DNA from: Octopus sinensis
Lineage: Eukaryota
Reading direction: 5' to 3'
Length of the DNA: 64,000 nucleotides
Assembly: GCF_006345805.1 (NCBI RefSeq)
Contig: NC_043011.1
Span: 34,794,464 to 34,858,463 of the forward strand
Shown: piece by piece, positions 26,831 to 37,510 of the stretch
How the letters are laid out: the number at the start of each line of letters is the position of its first letter
How positions within the stretch are numbered: the stretch's first letter is position 1
Position numbers and translations under genes: made by a program
Notes under the pieces: model-generated
Seen by the model: only the letters and a program-made list of their open reading frames with translations
The model's database searches: none
Told to the model about the DNA's origin: nothing

Positions 26831-27218
26831 TCTTTATATATAAAAGTCAAGTTGTGTGTCTGTCTCCTACGATTTAGATTCCTAACTACTCCCACATTTT
26901 GCGGTGCAGTGTAACCAAAAGCGGGTATCTTATAGTCGTGATTCATATCGAGCCCTTCTGGGTATTAGCGCGCGTCTACGATGAGTCTACGATTTAAAAA
27001 ATAATTTACCATCATTTTAATGCATTTTTTCGCTATTATATAAGGGAAGTAACTCTCTAAAAATGTCTACGATGAGTCAACGATTTAAAAAAATTTACCA
27101 TCTTTTTTTTCCATTTTTAATGCAATTTTTTATTGCTATTTTTTGGCTATAACTCTCTAAAAATGCTTATATAGTTATTTCCCTTACAAACCCGAGCAAC
27201 GCCGGGCGATACTGCTAG
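26831..27218 (+). mobile_element. Non-autonomous Helitron, complete
   Basis: A|TC 5' end, hairpin cccgagcaacgccggg, CTAG|T 3' end; internal tandem duplication of about 90 bp. Confidence 0.85.
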
Positions 27219-27550
27219 TTGTTTAAAAAGAGATTGTAAAACTGTCATTAAATCAGTTTAATTAGTTTTAGTGATCTCAGAGGCTCATTAAGCGACGAGC
27301 AGGTAGAACTATTTACCACGCCGGACAAAATGCCGTAGAGGTCAAACTTGCCTTTCACTCCTTCGGGAACGATAAAATAACTACCAGTTGAGGAGCACTG
27401 GAGTCGATATGATCGATTTCCCCTACCCTCATAACTGCTGGTCTTGTACCAAAATTAGAAAAATATTTACATTATACGACTGCAACACTCGAATACCAAT
27501 AAAAATTTTAAGGTGTGTGGTATTATGCTTATAAAATGGTTGTAAAACTG

Positions 27551-27967
27551 GGATCTTTTCAGTTTGAACAGCAGTTTTTTCTAGCGGTGTCATATGAAAT
27601 TGTCACCCATAATTATGACCCAAGTATCGATCTATTGCATTTCAATCTATTTTAGGGTTAGGGTTAGTTAGGGTTGGGGTGGGGGAAGTGTATCTTTTTT
27701 TTCTTCACAAACGTAAATAATCCCAATCTGTTTCTTAAACGAGGGACATTTTCATACGGCACAGACTGTTTTCACCTCAATAGACGTCATTGATTGGTTG
27801 AAATTGCAGAAATTGAAGAAAAAAAACAGCAAATATCTTACAAACCATAGAATTTTCTCAATAAAGCCAAGAGAAAAAGATGTTTTATAAACACATTGGT
27901 ACGAAGTTTAAGTGTTTAGTTACGTGGAAATTATTTTTAAAAACTGCCATTCAAACCGAAAAGATCC
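27551..27967 (-). mobile_element. Merlin-like MITE, asymmetric form
   Basis: GGATC...GATCC TIRs with exact 8-bp TSD TAAAACTG (27543-27550 and 27968-27975). GG termini with 8-bp TSD fit Merlin; hAT is not excluded. Confidence 0.8.
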
Positions 27968-28279
27968 TAAAACTGTAATTAACTCAGTTTAATTAGTTGT
28001 CACTTTTATAAAATGGAATTGTTGGTAAACAGTGAATATGGCAGATCGTTTCTAAGTGGTTGCTTCAGTTTTGTACCGGGAATTCATCATTTACGCAAAA
28101 ACTACCGTTTCGTAAATTGACCCTAAGTAACTTTTAGGGGATCATAACTCGTACAAACATGTGAACCTCTGTCGACTTTGTTCCTTCATAACTTTCTTTA
28201 AAAATGCATGTTTTTTAATGATTTTTGCCCCCTCCTAAGATACGTTTCAAATGATATAGATTACGATTATACAGAAATT

Positions 28280-28758
28280 GGATCTTTTCCTTTTGAACGG
28301 CAGTTTTTAACATAATTTCTAGGTAACTAAAATGTTTTAAACTTCGTATACTGGTAGAATGTGTTTATAAAACATGTATTTCTTTTGGCTTTATTGAGAA
28401 AATTCTATAGGTTGTAACATATTTCGTCTAAAATTTCTTGCATTTCAGCAATTTTAACCAATCAATTACCTCCATTGACGTAAATAACATTCTGTGCATT
28501 CTGTAAATAAACCCAATCTGTTTCTTAAAGGAGGGACATATTCATTATGCACAGAATGTTATTTACATCAATGGAGGTAATTGATTGGTTAAAATTGCCG
28601 AAACGCAAGAAATTTTAGACGAAATATGTTACAACCTATAGAATAAAGCCAAGTGAAAATGATGTTTTATAAACACATTCTACCAGTATACGAAGTTTAA
28701 AACTTTTTAGTTACCCTAGAAATTATGTTACAAACTGCCGTTCAAAAGGAAAAGATCC
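28280..28758. mobile_element. Merlin-like MITE, palindromic form with about 220-bp arms
   Basis: Exact 8-bp TSD CAGAAATT (28272-28279 and 28759-28766); both arms correspond to the same end of the asymmetric form. Confidence 0.82.
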
Positions 28759-29241
28759 CAGAAATTTGTTCTAAATAATTTTTCGGAAGTCGGAAGACAG
28801 TGAAGGAGTTTCAGACGATTCACACACTTGTTTCTTCACAACTTTCTGAAAAATGGGTATCATATTCTTAAATAGAATTTTCAACAAATACGTTTCAGCT
28901 AGTGTAGAAGATTACGTTTATGTGGGTGATGTTTGATATGATTTAAAAATAAAAATAAAAATTAAAATGAGGGAGTGGGGGGGGCATAATTGCATATCTC
29001 AACTATTTCTTCATACGTTTTGATGAGGACAATATGAATTATCTCCACCACCAGCCCATCATTTCCTATTTTTTTGTTTTTCCGCATAAAATTCCAATGC
29101 AATCGTAATCTACAACATCCGACACGTACCTGTAGAAATTTTCGTTAAGAAAATGCATTTTTCCGAAAATTTTAGAGAAAATCAGAGGAGGGCACATGGC
29201 TGTGGTAACAGCCATTTTTCGTGTAAATCCCAAGTAATAAA

Positions 29242-29428
29242 ATCTTTTCTACTTTAGGTACAAGGCCCGAAATTTTGGGGGAGGACGCCAGTCGATTAGA
29301 TCGACGCCAGTACGCAACTGGTAGTTAATTTATCGACCCTGATAGGATGAAAGGCAAGGTCGACCTCGGCGGAATTTGAACTCAGAACGTAAAGACAGAC
29401 GAAATACTACAAAGCATTGCGCCCGGCA
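29242..29428 (-). mobile_element. SINE-B
   Basis: Core and B box present. Further intronic copies at 30843-31007 (-), 32532-32745 (+), 27290-27460 (+), 23165-23345 (-). Confidence 0.8.
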
Positions 29429-30617
29429 TCCAAGTCATACAATCATCGAAAGGATTTGGTAATGTGGCTTGTTTGCATGTCATAAATTATTTGGCATACC
29501 TACACAGTGAGCGCCTGCACCATCAAATTTGTTTCTTCAGAAGTTTTAGAAAAATGGGTATTTTTTCATGAAATTTTCTACAGATAACTTTCAGATGGTA
29601 TAGATTAGTTATATCGAAATTTAATGTAAAGATGATTTTTCTTTTAATGGTGGTCCGTGCGCACACATTCACACTAACACACGCCTGAAATTTTAAAAAG
29701 ATTTATTATGTATCGGTGTATACGTGTGCACAACCATCATTCTCCTCACCCACATTAAATTCTGACATAATCCTGATTTAGACCATGTGAAAGGTATTTG
29801 TAGAAGATTTCATTAAAAAAAAATACTCATTTTTCTGAAAGTGAGGAACGTGTATTTTTTCCTATCTAACAAGTCCGCTTTATTTATATAAAGCGTGGTT
29901 GATTACCTCCCCTTTGTGCTTTTAGACGACCTTAGTTGCTTATTTTCAAACAGCATTTTTTTTTTTGTACTTTTTATTATACTAGAAATGATCAGAGACC
30001 TCCATCAACAGCAGCAGCAGCCGCCGTTCAAGAATTTTGACCTGGAGATCTCCATTTCCAGCGACTTCGAGGGCCACCTCCCAGTGGTGTCGGGCGTCAA
30101 CGAAGAGCCCTCGACTACAACAAGACGACCAAAGTTTTTTTCTAAAGTCTGGGGTCTCCCGCCCTTAAGCCCTAGACCATCACCTAATCACCCTTACCCG
30201 TCTTGTTGCTTAACAACAACAACAGCAGCCGTGTTTGTTCTTTCGTTTCAGGTCAGTTGCTGTGACCATCCCATCTTTTTGAGGCGTGCATCTGCCTAGT
30301 TCAATGCCTGGTTCATTTAAACCTTCCATCAAAATTTCGTATAAATTTATGTTCCAAACACCACTTTAATAACGATAAAATTATTTTACTGAATTCTTTG
30401 TTATTTTCAGTATTAATTGATGATGGTCGACATCATCAGTTGAAAGGCACAGAAATACGGTAAGGAAAAGGTTTAATATGCCATGAGGGAAGTTGGCTGT
30501 TATTTGTAGCAAATCAGGTGACCTAATGGAGATTCTCTCATTGATTTGTTGTTACTGTTAATTTATCTTATATTTTCGTTGGGTATTTTGACGGAAAACA
30601 ATTTTGCTTTTACTTAC

Positions 30618-30727
30618 TTTCAGATTATGTTTCGAAGCAGAATGAAATAGTTTGGGCATCAGTCTATCAGGAGGTTGGCCTTCCTCATCAGCAAGTCCTG
30701 GAGGGTACCATGAAACTGCAATACAGC
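30618..30727 (-). CDS. MANEA: MANEA middle coding exon (110 nt)
   Basis: Pyrimidine tract plus AG at 30729-30728; donor GTAAGT at 30617-30612. Phase 1 in, phase 0 out. Encodes GCIAVSWYPPGLADEEGQPPDRLMPKLFHSASKHNLK, similar to vertebrate GVLALSWYPP...HKYNLK. Confidence 0.93.
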
Positions 30728-31435
30728 CTTGCAAAAGAGAGACAGAGAGAAAAATAAAATGAGCTTGGTTGATAGGTGTGTAGGCAGATGGGTGGGTAGG
30801 TAGGTAGGTATGTGGATGGACAAACAGGTTCACAGAAAGAATCGTTTCTACTCTAGGCACAAGGCCCCAAATTTTGGGGGAGGGGGACCAGTCAATTAGA
30901 TCAACCTCAGTATGCAACTGGTACTTAATTTATCAACTCCTGAAAGGATGAAAGGCAAAGTCGACCTCGGTGGAATTTGAACTCAGATCTGCCAGCTCGC
31001 CACCTTAGGTTCAGAGACAGAATGTGAAGTGACTATGCAGTAGATGCTTGAAATGAAGGTGCACGGCCTAGAGGTTGCATTTATGATAGCAAGATTGTGG
31101 TTTCAATTTCCACACCAGGTGGTGCATTGAGTTCTTGAGCAAAACACTTCATTTCACGTTGCTTCAGTCTACTCAGCTGTAAATGGCCTTACAATCATGA
31201 GCCAAATACCCTAACCACTAAACCAGGCCATTTCACAATTCGTTGAATACAGAACAAACTACTCCCCAAAACAACCCATTTACAACTAGGTGAGCTGAGC
31301 CAAGTTAGGATTTGGTTATAAATGAATATTGTACAGTGCTCATGTTAAACTGAATCCCTATGATAGGATTAACCCTTTTGATATCAAATAACCTCATGGG
31401 TCTGTGATAAAAACTTTATGTTTTAAAGAGATCTA

Positions 31436-31660
31436 TTGGGTTGGTGCATAATTATTGCGACTTTTTTCAACAAATTTTATTTTTAAAAATAATAACAATA
31501 TTTAACAAAAACATCTTTAAATGACAGTCTGACCGTCTGCCAAGCAAATAGGAAGCAGTAATTGAAGTAGATGGTGTATATGCTCCGGAATAATCATTTA
31601 AAGATGTTTTTGTTACATGCTGTTATTGATTTTGTTGAATAAAATTTGTTGAAAAAGAGC
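31436..31660. mobile_element. Mariner-derived MITE, right TIR lost
   Basis: TA|ttgggttggtgcataattattgcg start; inverted internal arms; remnant LPSK*EAVIEVDGVY resembles a mariner transposase C-terminus. Inserted into a piggyBac-like MITE end at about 31372. Confidence 0.6.
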
Positions 31661-31799
31661 CACCAAAAGTTAATATTTATAAATGTTCCAAAACCAAAGT
31701 GACCTTTTTTTAATCACACAGCGATATCTGCATTCATATCTCATATAAATCAACTAGAGTAGGTATTTAAAACAACTTGGTACTCGTTTTACTTTGAGC

Positions 31800-32090
31800 A
31801 GCTTTCAAAAGAGAAGAATGTCAATTGAATATAATGCAAAGGACCATGAAAAGATCCATGCAAAGAATATCCTTTCAAGAGCAAATCTGAAATGAATGAA
31901 CCAGAGTACATGATGTGATTGCAGACTACTAAAAGCTCAAGTTCTGATGGCCCAGACATGTAGCAAAGTTCACAGGCAACAGGTAGACCTGTGCAGTTAC
32001 TGAGTGGTAACCAAGAAATTGTAAAAAAACATTCGGACAGGAAGGAAAAGGAGGGTGCAATCAAGAGAGCATGGGAAACATATTGTGATC
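31800..32090 (+). mobile_element. Decayed RTE LINE 3' fragment
   Basis: Translates QRTMKRSMQRISFQEQI*NE*TRVHDVI...WPRHVAKFTGNR*TCAVTEW*PR, matching the RTE C-terminal pattern. Confidence 0.6.
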
Positions 32091-33244
32091 AGTGATGTGT
32101 AACAACATCAATAGTCTGGTGGACACAGTGATACAAGTGACAGGTGGTACTCTCTTTAACATTAACTTCACAGCTGTGAAAGAAGAGGCGGTGGGAGAGA
32201 AATATTCTTTCAGGTTAATTTACAAATTGTGTGTGGGTGCCACAGAATAGTTTCATAGCCACTAGATCAAAGGGGGGAGTTTCTATATTGGAAGACCACA
32301 TTGAAGTTAATTGTCATCTGACAAGGTTACATTTATTCTTTTACTTATTTCAGTCATTTGACTGCGGCCATGCTGGAGCACCGCCTTTTGAAAACAATTT
32401 ATTTTTTTTTATAGTTAAGAAGCTTGCTTGGTAACCACATGATTTCAGCTTCAGTTCTGCTGTGCAACACTTTGGTTAAGTGTCTTTTACCAATACATTA
32501 TGAGTGGATTTGGTAGACAGAAACTGTAGAAGGTGGCAAGCTGGCAGAAGCATTAACATGTCGGGCAAAATGCTTAGCGGTATTTCGTCTGTCTTTACAT
32601 TCTGAGTTCAAATTCCGCCGAGGTCAACTTAACCTTTCATCCTTTCGGGGTCGATAAATTAAGTACCAGTTACGCACTGGGGTCGATGTAATTGACTTAA
32701 TCCCTTTCTCTGTCCTTGTTTGTCCCCTCTATATTTAGCCCTTGTGCTAGCATGGGTTGGACGATTTTGACTGAGGACTGGCGAACTAGATGGCTGCACC
32801 AGGCTCCAATCTTGATCTGGCACAGTTTCTATAACTGGATGCCCTTCCTAATGCCAACCACTCCGAGAGTGTAGTGGGTGCTTTTTACGTGCCACCGGCA
32901 CGGGGGCCAGTAAGGCGACGCTGGTAATGATCACGCTTGAATGGTGCCTTTTATGTGCCACCGGCATGGAAGCCAGTTAGCTGCTCTGGCAATGATCACG
33001 CTTGGATGGTGCTCTTGGCACCCTACCAGCACAGGCACAAGTGCCAGTAAGGCGACACTGGTAACAATCACACTCGAATGGTGCCTTTTATGTGCTACTG
33101 GCACGGAAGCCGGTTAGCCGCTCTGTCAATGATCACACTCGTATGGCACTCTTTGCACCCCGCTAACATGGATGCCAATCATCGAATTTGATTTTGATTT
33201 TGATTTCACTTGCCTCAACAGGTCTTCGATATATATATATATAT

Positions 33245-33538
33245 AGGTGGAGGAGACCCCCTTCGGTCATGAATGACCACGGGATTGCACCTAGAAAGTT
33301 ACCCTCCAAGGCACAAGTCCAGGCAAGGCTGTTTGTGGAAGGCCAGCAGTCACCCATACATACCAGCCTCCCCTCTCCACACCACTGATGTCGCAACTCA
33401 TTTCTGCAGCTGAGTTAGCTGGAGCAACGTGAAATAAAGTGTCTTGCTCAAGAACACAACACACAGCCCGGTCCGGGAATTGAACTCACAACCTCGCGAT
33501 TGTAAGCTCGACGTTCTAACCACTGAACCATGCGCCCT

Positions 33539-33540
<2 letters not shown>
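33245..33540 (-). mobile_element. SINE-C-headed element with a different body
   Basis: Head gagggcgcatggttcagtggttagaacg..gagttcaattcccgg, then cttgagcaagacactttatttc; ends gtcattcatgaccgaagggggtctc. Confidence 0.7.
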
Positions 33541-33624
<84 letters not shown>

Positions 33625-33746
33625 TATATGTATACACACACAGAGAGTGAAAAAAAGAAAAGAGGTATGTATGTATGTGTGTACAGAAAGAGAATAAGAA
33701 AAAAGAATAAGAAAAGAGAATAGACAAAGAACAAAGAAATACTCAC

Positions 33747-34338
33747 CTATTTTAGCATCTCTTATTTCCTGCATGTGAATGGACAATACCTCAGAGTCTG
33801 AAGAGCTGTAAGGTCCCAACTCGGGGTAATAATTAGAGGCAATATCTAAAGGTGGGAAATGGCGCCTCGTGGTCTTACGTCTGATCTTTTCTCTCCAATT
33901 CTGCAGTAAACGGTGGTTCCAGTGAAAGTACTTGCCATCATAGCTAGGGTTTCCATACCACATGTAGTAGAAAACGTGGACATTGTAGTTCATACCGTTT
34001 TCATCGAATGGCACCGGCGTGAAGTGATTATGTGCTGTTAGATTGGCCCGCATCTTTGCTTTCAGAACCCTCTCTTGTTGCATTTTGGCTCGGAAGTCAA
34101 GCATCTTCTTCAGCATGAGATTTTTCGACTGAGTCGCAGACTGGTTACCAAAAGAGTTCTCATCCTGAAACTTCCAGTCGTCATTGCCACCCCTCTTGCT
34201 TTTGTCACCAATACCAGCAGCCAGTCTGTATGCCTCCTCGGGGTTCCGGGTGATGAAACGGAACCCCAAAAGTATGCCGGCCAGGAAGCATATCAATATG
34301 CCGCCGGTGACACATTTCCGTAAAGATAACCTCAGCAT
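33747..34338 (-). CDS. MANEA: Glycoprotein endo-alpha-1,2-mannosidase (GH99), first coding exon
   Basis: ATG at 34338 with an in-frame TGA just upstream. Short basic tail MLRLSLRK plus a hydrophobic type II anchor, then GH99 motifs VHVFYYMWYGNP, DIASNYYPELGPYSSSD. Acceptor tttgcAG at 34395-34394 (55 nt of UTR in this exon); donor GTGAGT at 33746-33741, phase 1. MANEA versus MANEAL cannot be resolved by eye. Confidence 0.95.
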
Positions 34339-34391
34339 TTTAGCATTTTTTCACTGGAGTTGGCTGACCACATCATTGACTTCAGTTGCAT
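34332..34391 (-). promoter_or_regulatory. Overlapping upstream ORF (19 aa) in MANEA 5' UTR
   Basis: ATGs at 34391, 34376, 34373 and 34346 share one frame (MQLKSMMWSANSSEKMLKC*), out of frame with the main ATG; the stop lies just past 34338. Confidence 0.6.
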
Positions 34392-34409
34392 ATCTGCAAA
34401 GGATAAATA

Positions 34410-35030
34410 ATAATAATAATAATTAATTCGTTTTATTGGCCACAAAGGGCTGACAAAAATCAATTATAACATTTAGGGATAAAACACAGGACGAAAGTTA
34501 CAAAGGGTTTTGTCCGTTTGAAAAATCCGTATAAAAACTGTAACAATGAAAATATTTAACAATGAAAAACTCCCAAAAGGGGGAGGCGCTTCGAAAGGTT
34601 CCTGGTGGAAAAAGCCATAAAAGCCACAGGAGTCTGGTCAAAAGGGGGGTAGAGAACCCCTTTCTCCTTTTGTAATACCTTTTTCTTACAGGTGTATCCT
34701 CAGAATTGGTCCGTTCATACTGGCCATTCTTGCGACATTTATCCACCTTTCAGTAAACTTGCTATGAGACAGCACTTCCCTCTCTACTCTCACCTTCCTT
34801 TTCAAGTGAAACTTGAAAAAGTGATGAGGCCTTGGCCAAAGGGGAAAGTGTCTGACCTTAGCCCTTTCAAACGAGTCCACCATACCACCTCTTTCGCTAC
34901 AGCCACTAGGCAAAGGAAAACCGCCTTGCCCTCCCGGTTAGGAATTACCAGGCAGTGGCTCTCGTGGCTTCTGATCTTAACTGATTGGAAGTGTGATTGG
35001 TTGGTAGAATGGTGATGACAATGACAACAC
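34410..35030 (-). mobile_element. 5'-truncated LINE (L1/Tx1-like) 3' end
   Basis: Frameshifted KAVFLCLVAVAKEVVWWTRLKGL / FFKFHLKRKVRVERE..FTERW, then a 3' UTR, AATAAA (34437-34432) and an (ATT)n tail. Clade call is from motif resemblance only. Confidence 0.6.
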
Positions 35031-36028
35031 TGGTGAGGATTTATTTGCCAGAAGGACAACAGACAAAGAGACATTACAAGGTTTATAAACATATATAGTG
35101 CTAAACACATTTCTGTGGTTTAAAAGCAAATGAAATGCAAATTCCCCAGGGAAGTATGCTAGTTAGTCTACAAATGTAACTCTCTCCGTGGGAGAAATTG
35201 AAAACAGTACTGCTATCATGTAGCTGTGTGGTAAGTGTACTTCCCAACTGAATGGTTTTAAGTTCAGTCCCACTGCATGGCACCTTGGGAAAGTGTCTTC
35301 TACTATAAGCCTTAGGCTAACCAAAGCTTTGTGAGTGGATGTGGTAGACAGAAGCTGAAAGCATGTGCACGTGTGTATTATGTATATCTGTCTGTGTGTG
35401 TGTATGTGTGTGTAAGTGTACGTGTGTGTATGTGCATGTGTTTTGTGTTTGTGTTTGTCCCATCATCACTTCACGTGTGCATGCACGTGTCTGTGTGCGC
35501 ATGTGCGTTTCTGTTAGTGTTTGTCCCATTACCACTATCATTTTGTTGATGATGGTTCCTTGGTTGGTGATGGTGGTGTGTGGTGGTGATGGCGGGGTGG
35601 AGGTTGGAAATGGTTACTATGGAAATAGTTAGTTGTGGTGGTGGTGGTGGTGGTGGTGCAGGCTGGGTGGGGGGCAATAGAAGTTCCAGGTGATAGGAGC
35701 CCTGTTTTTGGTGGGTGGTGGTGGTGGTGGTCATAGTCTACTACTATCACTACCACCACCATCACCACCAAAACTTGACAACCGAGTGTTGGTTTGTTTA
35801 CTGCACTCACAATTTCTAACAACTAAAGACTCAGACTGGAACAAGTAAATGGCAAAAAGTAACAAATAACAAATGATCAGTTAGTTCCCCACCCCATACT
35901 ACCACCACCGTTTGTAGTGATAAATTATAAGGGCTCTGTTTTATCTGTTTTTATATTGAGCTAGTGGGAGGGGAGAGAGAGAGAGAGAGAGAGAGTTTGG
36001 TTACAGTCATATAGATTATAATCTTGGG

Positions 36029-36605
36029 TTTTACTTTCAGTCATTTGACTGTGGCCATGCTGGAGCACCGCCTTCAGTCGAACAAATCGACCCCAGGACT
36101 TATTCTTTGTAGGCCTAGTACTTATTCTATCGGTCTCTTTTGCTGAACACACCAGCATCAGTTGTCAAGCGATGTTGGGGGAACAAACACAGACACACAA
36201 ACACACACACACAAATATATACATATACAGACCGCGTGTGTACCGTTGGCGATTTTTTTCCTCCGTCTCCCCTTCTCTGGATCTTTCCTTTTCCTATGTT
36301 TCTGACGAAGAGCTCCGCTCGAAACATAAAGCCCTCCTTCTTCCCTTCCTTGCTGAGCATCAAATAATACTATATTTGTTCAACGTCCTCGCGTTGTTGT
36401 GTTTTCTCTTTGTGTTTTCATGTTTGGATTAACTTTACATACATACGACAGGCTTCTTTCAGTTTCCGTCTACCAAATCCATTCACAAGGCTTAGGTCGG
36501 CTGGAGGCTGTAGTAGAAGACACTTGTCCAAGGTGCCACGCAGTGGGACTGAACCCGGAACCATGTGGTTGGTAAGCAAGCTACTTACCACACAGCCACT
36601 TCTGT
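36029..36605 (-). mobile_element. SINE-A interrupted at its (TA)n linker by an insert of about 210 bp (about 36227-36440)
   Basis: Both SINE halves are recognisable on either side of an unrelated sequence. Confidence 0.8.
36298..36332 (+). ncRNA. Minimal type I hammerhead motif
   Basis: GTTT-CTGACGA-a-GAGC(tcc)GCTC-GAAA-ca-TA/AAGC; 1-bp stem III. Confidence 0.5.
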
Positions 36606-37099
36606 GCCTGGGTACAAATTAGCTGAATTCTCAGCACTTCTCAAAAGGCATCATTGTGATGGTGATGGCGGCGGTGGTGGTGATGGTGGTGGTGGTGGTG
36701 GTAGTGATGGCAGCAGTAGTAGCTGTTGTTGTTGTTGCTGTTGATGCTACAACAGCAGGAGCAGCAGTGTTGATAGGTAGCCCTGAACCAAATAAATCAC
36801 CACCAACACTGCCAACCCCCCCCCCGCCTCCATACCAACGACAACAACCACAACAACAATAACAGCACAACCACACCATCACTGTCATAATTTTGTTGCT
36901 CACCTCTCACTTTTACTCCTCAACACCACCATCACCATCCTCTTGTTGACCACCTTGGTGGGAGGGGGTTACTTACTCTTCACCACCATCTATATCACCA
37001 TTACAATCACTACCACCACCACCACCATCATCATCAACTTTAGTTTCTACTCCTCACCACCACTGCCACCACCATCATCATCATCATCAACATTGTCAT

Positions 37100-37510
37100 A
37101 CTGTTTTACTGTTTTACTGTTTTACTTGTTTCAGTCATTTGACTGTGGCCATGCTGAAGCACCGCCTTTAGTTGAGCAAATCGACCCCAGAACTTATTCT
37201 TTGTAAGCCCAGTACTTATTCTATCGGTCTCTTTTGCCGAACTGCTAAGTAACGGGGACATAAACACACCAGCATCGGTTGTCAAGCAATGATAGGGGGA
37301 CAAACACAGACACACAAACATACACACACATATATATATATACATATATACGATGGGCTTCTTTTAGTTTCCGTCTACCAAGTCCACTCACGAGGCTTTG
37401 GTCGGCCCGAGGCTATAGTAGAAGACACTTGCCCAAGATGCCATGCAGTGGGACTGAACCCGGAACCATGTGGTTGGTAAGCAAGCTACTTACCACACAG
37501 CCACTCCTGC
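37100..37510 (-). mobile_element. SINE family A
   Basis: Full length. Other copies at 41113-41507 (-), 41872-42185 (+), 49513-49944 (+), 62576-62910 (-), 26092-26362 (+). Confidence 0.88.

Noticed and set aside
27652-27685. Interstitial telomere or chromosome-fusion scar
   Set aside because: Only about three units, and part of a MITE present twice in the window.
30664-30691. CTGATGA plus hairpin inside the MANEA middle exon (minus strand)
   Set aside because: Followed by GATA rather than GAAA, with no stems I/III; explained by the codons for ADEEGQPPD.
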